NCBI GenBank assembly: GCA_051362555.1
Contig: CM120648.1
Coordinates: forward strand, 12,706,587-12,770,586
Source of the DNA: Lingula anatina
Taxonomy: Eukaryota; Animalia; Brachiopoda
Direction of reading: 5' to 3'
DNA length: 64,000 bases
In this document: in pieces, positions 26,001-38,000 of the stretch
Layout: each line of letters opens with the position of its first letter
Position numbering within the stretch: position 1 is the stretch's first letter
Position numbers and translations under genes: made by a program
The notes under the pieces: generated by a model
The model's input: only the letters and a program-made list of their open reading frames with translations
What the model was told of the DNA's origin: nothing
Database searches by the model: none

Positions 26001-29000
26001 AGAGGACGAACGTAGTCTAATTTGTCTTTTGGTGTTGATTTTGCTCGAAGTAGCGGAGTCAAGTAAATCGGTGATTTACCGTTGGTAAGAGTAGCAATCA
26101 TAGCTCCTGCGTCCTCACAGATTACTTTCTAATCCCCCGCAATTAACGCAGTCAGGAATAAGCGCTGAAATCGGGGATTTTGTATCAGGGAAAATTTTAG
26201 TATTAATCTTATGTTATCATGTATCTGTATTATGTAATCATGTAACTCATTTTCCCAAGGCAACCACCAATTATGACGACCATTAATGAAGTTCTCTGCT
26301 ACACTCTCTCCCCATGATCACTTGCTCGATCGTGAAACCCTGTAGGTGTTGGGTATATATTTGGGGTAGTTTACTATAGCATGCTACACTCTCCTCATGA
26401 TCACTTGCTCGATCGTGAAATCTGGTGGCTGAGTTTAGATGATCGGTGATGTACCGTTGGTAAGAGTAGCAATCATCACTCCCGCGTCCTAACGGATAAC
26501 TTTCTAACCCCCCATAATTAACGCAGCCAGGAATAGGTGCTGAAAAAGGGGGTATTATATCAGGAATTAATTTTTGTAATTATGTATCAGTAAAATAAGA
26601 GTCGTTACATTATCACATATTTTTCCAGGTGGAAAATATTATAATTTATGCATACTGATCGAATTAAAAAGAGAAGCTCCATATGTAAACAAAGGTCAGT
26701 CAAGTATCACTCATCCCAGGCTGCAGGGCAGATATGGAGAATTGAATGAAGCGCGAGTGATCTGGCAACCCTACAATTTTACAATGATTCATGGGCAAAC
26801 AATAGAAGCAAGAAATTAACACCTTTTACAGAGTGAAGGACGACTCCTTATGAGGCTTTTGTTTCTTCCCCTTGGTGGTTATTACAAAGCAAGTATGTTG
26901 ACGTAAGTGTTATCTGCTTCCTTGTGAAGACTTTTGCGTGTTCAAAGGAACAATGGAAATGTCATTTCAAAACACCTACTTAGGTGACCAAAATATTGTC
27001 AATGAAACGCAAAAAAGACAAAATCACCAGCTGTTACTGACTGAGTCTAACTCAAATGCAAAAAGGTACGCATGCACAGCGAAAAAGCGCTATTGTAAAC
27101 AATGCCCCGACGATGAGATCAATTAGATGTACAGTATAAAATGACTTATTGTACTATAAAACTGTACCCTTGCCCCAACTTGTATATCATTACACACACA
27201 AGGCCACCCTATACCAGAGTTACATATTGATTTTTCATTACACAGTCTCTTGCACTGAAAAAAAATACTCATAATTAATTTGTGGCCTTAGTAGAGGGTC
27301 TTCTCTCGCTTTCTCTCAAATCAAAATAAACCAGCAAACATGAAAATTGGCAAACTGTATTAGGATGTTAAGTGTTGAGAACCCTTTAAACACGGTGTAT
27401 GGTAATATGCACGTTTAGACGAATTTTAATTTTAATTTCAATTAAATTTAATTTTAATTTTGATTTTAATTAAAATTGAAATTACCGAAATTAGTAAATG
27501 TCGTTTGCGTCATGTATCAATATTTATGCGCATAATAGTATCTATGTTATAAACATTCAGCAAAGATATTTGGAAGGCCCCTCTTTCGTTGTTTATATGA
27601 AATGAAAACTAGCTGATACCCATCGTATCAATCATTATACCTTGATAAGAGATTAGCATACTAATTTATGTCCCCAGTCATAATAACTTCAACAATAACA
27701 ACAAACCTCCCTTCTCTGTGCTCCGTTGCAAAAACAATAAGCCACAATTGTTTTATATTAATAGATATCTATATTAATGACAATTTCAAAATCTTCAAAA
27801 GTACCTTTAGGGGCACGAACTCCAGTCGGGTAAACTACTGAGTATGCAACGACGTAAACCGTTGTTCCACCAATTCTATTATTCTCTCGCGCTGATATCG
27901 ACAGCTCTGTATTGCCGCGCATGCCGAAGCTTTGCGGAAATTGCCGAAGGCTAGGAAAATTCTTCAAAATATACTTTTCTTACTTTTAATCAAATCCAGA
28001 CTCCCACTGCCCTGAGGTATGGCTAAAACCTTTCAGTTGTCATCAGACTTTGTAATTTGGGAGAAAAAAGTGAAACAGGAACTTCTGGTGATGAATAATA
28101 GGTTATAGTGCTGCAAGGTCTTGTTTTCTATCCCTGATGTACGAGTAGCTTTTTCTACAGTTTCTATAATCTCTTTACGTATGAAAATATGCAGGTTTTC
28201 TGATATAATAAGACTTTGATAAAATCAAAACCAATAATACTTTTAAAGTCGAGAGTCGGGATAAATATCGGCAAGGTGGAGATATGTCCCGCCGGCGCTT
28301 CCGCAACAGCAAGACTGAAGGACGCAAGTTAGATGTAGGCAGCGTGGGCTATTAAAGTGACCGGGGACTAAAGAGCTAGACGGTACCTGTAAATCTACCC
28401 TGAGCGTCAGAGCAACGTAAAAGCTAGCTTGCTAAATATACCTTGTGGTGGAGTCGCTTTTACTAACTCTGAAGACCAGCGGCCATGAAAGTTTTCCATC
28501 AATCAAATAGAACTGCTCCGCAGTGAAAATGCAGTTGAATGTCATCAGACCAAAATAAAACGTAAAACAAATTTAATTCTGCTTTATTTAATTTTATTTG
28601 CTGTATTTAAGATGTAAAGTGAAAAATAAATAAAATTCTTCTGAAAGAAAAGGTATATCCAATGTTTTTGTATTTTTTTGCTTATCAAAGAACATTTAGT
28701 CCTACACGTGCACAATACATGTGCTTGCCGTGTGCCAAATTTGACAGCTACACTGTATGCCCGATACCACTATAAGGGCTGCGCAATGGCTACACGAAAA
28801 TAAGTTTTTACAGCAGAATGTTGCTTGTATTGTGGCACTGACCTTCGACTGCAAGATATTTTCATTTCAAACATCTAACTCCGCGTCAGGCACTTTAATT
28901 GCTTCTTGTCTCGCCTGCACGAGACTTCAGCGCAAGGCTGCTCCAGGCGGCCAAACCTGTGACGTACCAGACTTATGACTTCCAAATATGGATCCAGGCG

Positions 29001-32000
29001 GACACAGCTGTGACGTGTGACTTCCAAATATGGAAGCGCCCCAGGCATAATTTTGAAGAAGAATGCCCCCGAGTTGCCACTGTTCGCTAGAGTCTGGTAT
29101 TGCTACTATGGGTTATATATGAAATCAAGATCGAGCTGGCAATACCGGAATCTAGAACCTAGGGTACTGTAAATCCTGCATGGATTTGAAATCCTGGTAT
29201 TATTTGAAAAACACTTTTCTGTAGAAACTTGATGATAATATGTAATATACGTCTAAAAATACAATTACAACCAGCACCTTAAAACTCTCATCAGTTATTC
29301 CCCTGCATTCATTCTCTCTGTTCTGTTTGCCATGATATTTATTTTTTTTTCTTGGGCCATCTAGCATAACTTGCAGTAAAATATTTTTTGAATTTAGAAT
29401 TCAGTGTATTTTGGCTTTTAGAGGAATTTAGTTGAAACAGAGGATCAATACTACTCCTTCTTCAGTTTTAAGTACACATGTATAAGGTAGAACATCATAG
29501 TTGTGTTACCAGCCAATTGTAGTATGGTGATTTATATAGACTGACTGATCTCCTCTATTGCTGTATGTAAGATTGTGATTGTTCCAGTGTGTGAATTTTC
29601 CCCAAGCAGTCCTCCAAATACTGCTGAAGTGCTGGGTGGGAATTTGGAAGGAGACGTTATAACTTACACCTGTCAAACAGGTTACACACTGATCTCTGGA
29701 GACCTGACAAGGACATGTCTAACTGGTGGAACATGGAGCGGTTCACCCCCTGTCTGTGACTGTAAGAATATGATAAAAAAACTAACTTCTACTTTTTTTC
29801 ATGACACTTTATGTTTGCCAATATTATGTCTAATTTTCAAGATTAATTATTTTAAATTAATATCCCTAGCTGATGGATCATTTTTGACCAAGTATTATAC
29901 ATTTCTCCATCCAGTTGGAGGGAGCTGGCTGGCCTGGGGAGCCTGGAGCAGCTGCTCTGTGACCTGTGGTACAGGAACCTCCTTTAGAAATCGTACTTGT
30001 CACGATCCAAATCTGCCCAGTGAACTGGCGCTATGTGCAGGTGGAGCCACCAACTCTACCCAGACACTGTCCTGCTTTGAACAACACTGTCCAGGTAATT
30101 ATATTCCACCCAGACACTGTCCTGCTTTGACCAACACTGTCCAGGTATTAATATTCCAACCAAACACTGTCCTGCTTTGACCAATACTGTCCAGGTATTT
30201 AGGTATGTTGACTATATATTTGTACACAAATTTCATGTATTTATTGTCGTTTAACGGGTCAACGATGACGTGTCTTAGGAGAAAGGTCATTAGGATGTAC
30301 AGGGGGCGCTGTATTCAAAAGGTGAACAGATCACGTGAGGAAGGGAAACGATCATTCGAAGTCGAGCTACGCTACTGTACAGACATTCCAGTTTATTCCA
30401 AATAAAATTTTTTGTATAAAAACATTTGTATAAAGATGGGGTTTGATTATGCGTTATACAATTATCAGATTCATATAAGTACGAACTATACCGGAATTGG
30501 AATTAGGCTATGCGGGAAATGTAACTGGTGACGGAGCAAATGTTTGTATGTAATATTGTATCATCTGTACACAGGCAGAGGCACATCGACTCATTCCTAT
30601 TTATAAATAAATGATTTGGTGTTTGAAGATGAAGTGGTTTTATTCGTTGAGAGTTATTAGACGATAAATAATTGATATATGTTTAAGCGTAAGCGAATTA
30701 GAATATAAATGCTTTGATCACATTTTTATAGTTTTCATCACTTTGGTTTAAAAAGGGTTATTTTTCAACATTTTTCAATCTATATTTTTTGTTTGTTTGT
30801 TTTTATGTTAGTTTGACAGACCATCATTTGAGTTCCGAATTGAAAAAGCACCTTATTTACAATAACCATTTTCTCTAAATGTTTTTTTTTTTTTTTTTTT
30901 TTTTTTTTTGATCATTTAATAATTTTAATCTCTATAAACTGATAATACAAAACTGTTAATCCTGCATGAATTTAAAATCCTGGTATTGTTTGAAAAAACA
31001 TCTTTTTTCTACAAACTTAATGATAATATGTAATGTATATCAATAAAAAATTACAAATACAACCAGCATCTTAAAAATTTTATCCATTATTTATCTGCCT
31101 GTATTCTCTCTGTTCTGTTTGCCCTGATGTTTATATAATTTTTGGGGGGCCACCTGGCATAATTTGTAGTAATTTTTTTTTTATTTATATAATTTAGAAT
31201 TCAATGTATTTTGGCTTTTAGAGGAATTTAGTTGAAGCAGAAGATCAGTATATCATGGTGATTTGTATAGACTGACATCTCTATTGCTGTATGTAAGATT
31301 GTGATTGTTCCAGTGTGTGAATTTTCCCCAAGCAGTCCTCCAAATACAGATGAAGTGTTGGGCGGGAATTTGGAAGGAGATGTTATAACTTACACCTGCC
31401 ATGCAGGTTACACACTGATCTCTGGAGACCTGATGAGGACATGTCTAACTGGTGGAACATGGAGCGGTTCACCCCCTGTCTGCGACTGTAAGAATATGGT
31501 GGAAAACTAACTCCTCTTTTTTTCATAGCACTTTATGTCTGCCAATATAATGTTGAATGTGCAAGATTTATTATTTTGAAATAATATCCATGGTTCAAAC
31601 ACCTGAGACACATCATATTGAAGGTATGGGTAGTGAGGAATAATTTTTAGAAATTTGATTGATCATTTTTGACCAAGTATTATACGTTTCTCCATCCAGT
31701 TGGAGGGAGCTGGCTGGCCTGGGGAGCCTGGAGCAGCTGCTCAGTGATATGTGGTACAGGAACCTCCTTTAGAAATCGTATTTGTCATGATCCAAATCTG
31801 CCCAGTGAACTGGCACTATGTACAGGTGGAGCCACCAACTCTACCCAGTCACTGTCCTGCTTTGAACAACACTGTCCAGGTAATTATATTCCACCCAGAC
31901 ACTGTCCTGCTTTGAACAATACTGTCCAGGTAATTATATTCAACCCAGACACTGCCCTGCTTTGAACAATACTGTCCAGGTATTTATTCTTCACCCAGAA

Positions 32001-35000
32001 TCTGCCCTGCTTTGAAAAATATTGCCAAGGCATTGAGAAATATTGAACATATACTTGCACATAAATTTCACTTGCCACTTCTTAACTCATATTGTAAAAT
32101 GTGACAAAGTTTTCAACAAAAATTGCACGAAAAACTAATAAATCAACTGGAGCATTTTTAGCAGAGGAGAGGATATTACATGCTAGACCTGAATAATATT
32201 CTTTTTTTTTCACCTTTGTTTTCTGTTTTATTATCCTCTTTATTGCCCTTATTCAGCTGGTGGGATATAACCAGGAGGCAGCATTGCCTCTCTGATCCAC
32301 TAGTTTCTGTTGAATCTTGTGACCACACAAGCTACTGTTAAACATTGTTACAGATTGCAGCACAATGAACTGCTTAGGGGCGTGTATTGTCAGAGATCAA
32401 CACTCCTACTGTCTCTGCCCTGACAGCGTGAAAGATAAAGTTGGTATCTTTGAAGACTCAGCACTCTTCATAACACAGAGGTGACTCACAATATATTATA
32501 ACCACTCACAACATAATGTTGTCTTTTTCCTTACTGCTCTTAAATTGTGGGCTGCTTACTTCTGAGTAATATTCTTTTTTGATTGCTTATATATGTAGAA
32601 CTTGGCATACTCAATCAACATAATATAGCTTATTGTTAACAAGTTAAGATTAATGAGTCACTTTATTTAATGGTTCAGTTGTTTTTTCAAAGTAAACATA
32701 TTCTTATAACAATATGATAATAACTTAGAATTAAAAATATACCTTACTTGTTTGTTAACTAGATATATTGGTCAGTGTAAGCTGTCTGACCCTGGAGCCA
32801 AGGTGTCCATACTTAATTGTCCAGTTGTTTCTCTAGGTGTACTGGTCAGTGTAAGCTGTCTGACCCTGGAGCCAAGGTGTCCATACTTAATTGTCCAGTT
32901 GTTTCTTTAGGTGTACTGGTCAGTGTAAGCTGTCTGACCCTGGAGCCAAGGTGTCCCTAGAGGCTGTGTGTTATCACTGTGACCCTATGGACTATCTATG
33001 GGACCTCAGCCCAGTGAACACCACAGTGCAGGGACTGGACTGGAGGCAGGACACCACCACTGATAGAACAGAGAGAGGACTGGGTGTTAAACCAGGTGTT
33101 CTTGTACCTGGGGAGCTCTACCAGGTCACAGCTAATGGTAAGTAGTGTAAGAACAGATGCAAATTTTAAGCTTAATATTAGCCTTTTGGGCATGCTGTAT
33201 ATTCAATAATGTTTATTCTTGTCACTTGAAGTTGGATTTTACATGTGACTTATAAACAGAGATAAAAACAACTGAAACATGTTATAACATGAAAAAATAG
33301 AACACTTAAAATATTAAGTGCCAGTTTTTTTCTAAGCACCAGACAAGTGCGGCAAGGTGAAGGTTCACAGAATTTAATCTTATTGGGCTGAAATACTTGC
33401 CTGAGGACCCTTTTCACTTCTGCCAAATGTTATGCCCCAAAACTGTATTTCAGGGGATTTATGCCCAATTTTCTGTTTTTCTAGCTTTCAAAGCAGATTT
33501 TCAGTCATCATACAAATCAGACATACATATGTATTATACTCTTATCTAGTTATATAATTACTATGTACATATATGATGTATTTTGTTGATCAATATTCTT
33601 CCCCTCAAGGCATTCAAACAAAAAATATAACCCACCTTGCCCACACTGTACCCACTTTTTTTACCCCGCCCCCCCAAAACTTAAGCATGGCAATTTTCAG
33701 AGAGTCATATACCCACTAGTAGAGGTCCTGTGACTGTCAAAAAGATATAAATAACAAAAGAGATCCTCATGGCCTTTTCTTTTGTTGACGATATATTGAT
33801 ATCTGAAAATTGTAAAATTTGGATGGGTGTTGCTCTTGTCTTGGCCAGTAATACCTGCTCATTTACTCTAATCATGGCAGAATTGAACAATATGCTTTAC
33901 AAGAGTAGGCAATTGCCCTCTAACAGAGCCTACCTTTGGGATTTAAACATTCATATTCATATTTTGATGACTTGTGATAGAAATTTATGTAGCTTTGGTC
34001 AAGACAAATTAATTAACCCTTTTCAACTTGCTACTTGGCATCAAGTTTCTGTATACCCTTTGCTCAGTAGCTTCCATCTCGATTGTACAACTGGGAATGG
34101 GATTCCCTGTAATACTGTAGCTTACAAAATGAATTTAAAATATTTTTGGTCTAATAAATTTAATTATTCAGAAAATAAAACAACAAACAACCCATATTTT
34201 TCATATATTTAATCATATAAAGAAAACTGTATTTCTTTAACATTTCTTTAGATCTACTACTTCAACAATTATTGGACACAAATGGGCACCAACCACACAC
34301 AAAGCTTATAATCAATCAACAATGTTTTATAGTGCATAATCATCTCTTTATTGGATCTTTAAGTATAAGTAAGCAAATTATTTGGAAGTATGGCAAACAA
34401 TACAAACCTTCATACTGGAAAATGCTTATAACGGATAACTTAATAAATGGGTGGAAGGCATTGTAACTGCCATTCAAGACTACACCTGTCACCTTTAACT
34501 GAATAAGACACTGGCAAAGTTTTGACTCAAGATTAAAGGGATAATAACTCTTCGTATGAAATCTATATTTCACAATAAAAACATTGTGAATAACTCATAG
34601 AAATATAATATATTCTGTTTCATCGTAAAACAGAATATAATATATTCCCTTTATGAGAAGAATGAAGAAATATAATATATTCTGTTTTACGATGAAAAAA
34701 GCAGTTGTAGCCATTATTCTGATATCTGAGCTTGTCTTCAGATCACGTGACTTCCTTTGATGGCTATACTCTGTAATTATCTCCTAAGAGATTTTAACAA
34801 AAACCCAAACTTTTTAGAATAAAAACAGGGACAAACTTTGAATGTAAAAATGGATTCATTAACCATTGGTAAGTATGGGAAATTTGTTGTTTACTCCAGG
34901 AAAATTCATTTTTTGGCCGAAACAAAGAGTTATTAACCCCTCAAAAGTGAATGTTTCAAAGAAAGTTCAAAGAAAGAAAAGTACACTTGATTTTCATTCT

Positions 35001-38000
35001 ACAAAAACATCAAAGAAATGCAAATCTATATTATCCAACTGATTCCCCTTTATGAGAAGAATGAAGAAATAAGTTGTGAAGAACTTATGTAATGGTGTAA
35101 TTCATGGATTATTTTGCATTATCCAGGACCAGGAACATATATTGCTGATTTCAAATATTTAAGTCAAACTGATCTTTTGCTCCAAGGAATAAAAATATGA
35201 TATTCAATATTCAATATCTCAGTAAGATCTTATCCCATTTAAAGCTGGCATTTACGGATATCTTCTGTAAAATGAAACAGAAAAAAAGCAGACATGATCC
35301 TATTTTTCAGAGTAAAAAAAAAAAAAAAAAAAAGAACTCCGAACATTTATCATGGGATCCAACACCTAAGCGGCCAGAGGTCCGGGGATGCCTTTGAATT
35401 GAATTAAAAAATGTGGAATTCCACATTTCTGGGGCAAAAATTCATGTCTGAAAAGCTCCTTGTAAAAAAAAAAAAAAGTTCATCAAAAAGTGTCAGTTTT
35501 CATCATTTAATGAAGCTCCAATACATTACTGTACTTTCTTGTGGGGGATCTTCTTGCTGTTTGCTTGGATCTTCATGGCTGACATTAGCTATCTGTCAGG
35601 TCATTGGTGTCCTCCAACTGTAGATACAAATAATTGTTCAAGGTAGATAAACATCAAAAATACATTTCAGTCTGTTGGGCAGTACCGGTAAGTCAATCCT
35701 CTTCACAAAACTTCTTTTTCCAGTGCTTGGATTAATCACTTTATTTTCTTTGCCATATATCCGATTCCTGGCTGCTCTTTCTGACCAGTCTCCATTTTAT
35801 AGCTAAAATAACAACAAAAATTTATTCTCCTATCTATTAAATGTTTTTAATTTTCAACCAACAAAATTTACCATGAAACCCCATTTTAGACTACAACTAA
35901 GCTTTATTTCAAATATAGGCCTTTATATAAAATATTATTCATATAATTGTGACATGATTGTTACTCTTTTAATCACCAGCAATGATCTACAAAAGCAGTA
36001 TTATTTAGTTGTGAGGGTTCTGTAACTTGTTGCTCTTACAAACAAAAAAGTTTACAGTGCTAACATGTACAGTACAAAACATAAGCTCTTTTCACTATAT
36101 GTAATAAGAAATTTTACATGGTTCTGAGGGTCAAAGATAGCAGTATTTAGATGATGACTTACCTGTAGTTTAACTTGTCCAAATACTTTGCATATTTAAT
36201 TCAAACAACACAGATATCATATCATTATCAACCTTCTGTCTGATGTGAATTTGGTATGTAAATTAATAATAAAGATGTGATGAATGTCAACTTCTTAATT
36301 ACCTGAGCCCGATGAAAAGAATATTTTTGCTTCGTCTTGATAAAAATTTGGATACACTGTGCATGAAAGCTCCCGCTTGGTCCGAGCAAAGAAAGTCCTA
36401 CAATAGTTACTTGGTCCGAAGAATTAGTTGACGTGTTCTTGCAGCTCCCCAAAGGATCCATAGCATGTCATGATGCGCTGGACACACGACTGAGTTGAGC
36501 TCACTCTCCATTTCCTCTGATGATGATATTGCCGATGCTGGTCGGCCTATTGTACCTTGTACATATCGTTGGCCTCTCATCTGCATGCAAGTCTTAGCAT
36601 AGAGAGGTGACCCCAATCATCTTTGTCGTATCTCCTGAGTATCACACAACCTTTTTGTCTTTGTAATGGTCTACAGAAAAACTAAGTGTGCTCTTTGCTG
36701 CTTGAAATTTGGAAAATCTGCAGTGCATTCATCGTGTGTTTTCCACCACTGCTACTTGAAACTGTAATTGCTGCCTAATCGAATTTAGTTTTGAATGCTT
36801 GTTTACCCCCATACTTGAACTTGGTATATACTTAATATCCAAGAATCAATGAATAAAAACTACAGAAGACTATTTCAGCCGTTCAGTCGCTAACCAACAT
36901 TGAAATTAACTTAAAAAGTCTGAATGCAAATCAAAACTGTGGGAAGCAAAGATTTTTAGGGAAAAGCTTCAAAAGGTCATGCCAGTGTTTTTATTTATGA
37001 TAGACCCCTTGTCCATATTTTCAGTAAATATCAGTGATAATATCTAAGGTGTCACTCACACAGTTGAAAATTGAGACGGGAGCCACGCAAGGCAGTGAAA
37101 TGCGCATGTGGCTGTATCTTGACAAAAACGCAACAGAAAGCTTTAATATTTTACAGTTTAATTAAGGTCACAAAGGTGATTAACTGTGAGCAAAATGAGT
37201 GTATACCGTGAGAACCCAACCTTGCCACTTTTTGGCCGATTTGCCTGGTGGTTAGAAAAACGGTTACTGCTAGTAACTTCAAAACTGCTGCTTCAATTAT
37301 ACCAAACAGACTCAATCACTATGAAAATATTAAATCAATCAGTTTCTCCAAAAAAGAAAAATAACATGAATTCAATTATTAAATTATCACTTCATTCAGT
37401 TTCATTAAAGTAGTTAATAGCTTGTACATTAAAATTTTTGAGGGTCCATTGGATAAAATTCTTGCCGATCTAGCAGCTTGAAGCTTTGGGATGTAATAAC
37501 TGTAGTGCTGACTACATCATGTCATATGTGTATGTGGGTACAAGTCAATCTACTAGTACAGTGCTGTCTACACCATGTCTTATGTGTCTGTAGGTACTAG
37601 TCAGTCTGCTGGTACAGTGCTGTCTACATAATGTCATGTGTGTCTGCAGGCACAAGCCAGTCTGTTGGTACAGTGCTGTCTACATCTTGTCTTATGTGTC
37701 TGTAGGTACAAGTCAATCTACTAGTACAGTGCTGTCTACACCATGTCTTATGTGTCTGTAGGTACAAGTCAATCTACTAGTACAGTGCTGTCTACACCAT
37801 GTCTTATGTGTCTGTAGGTACAAGTCAGTCTGCTGGTACAGTGCTGTCTACATCATGTCTTATGTGTCTGTAGGTACAAGTCAATCTACTAGTACAGTGC
37901 TGTCTACACCATGTCTTATGTGTCTGTAGCTACAAGTCAGTCTGCTGGTACAGTGCTGTCTACATCTTGTCTTATGTGTCTGTAGGTACAAGTCAATCTA

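Larger units (their letters stand above)
6883..31879 (+). repeat. Intragenic tandem array of 14 two-exon cassettes, about 1.4-1.55 kb period
   Basis: Sushi exon starts at 6883, 8993, 10416, 11792, 13304, 14778, 16293, 17767, 19188, 20619, 22096, 23522, 29588, 31314; exons and introns near-identical among internal units. Confidence 0.97.

Noticed and set aside
10403-30180. Treating the 201/225-aa ORFs as separate single-exon paralogous genes
   Set aside because: Starts are GTG inside introns; domain homology begins and ends exactly at AG/GT sites; the cassettes splice in phase into the flanking exons.
32257-32353. Strong-looking acceptor at 32256
   Set aside because: In the required phase 1 it hits TAA after four codons; the 32354 acceptor keeps the frame. 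It could only be a terminal exon, for which I have no evidence.
33769-34212. 147-aa ORF in the intron
   Set aside because: No motif, AT-rich, and flanking exons join in phase without it.
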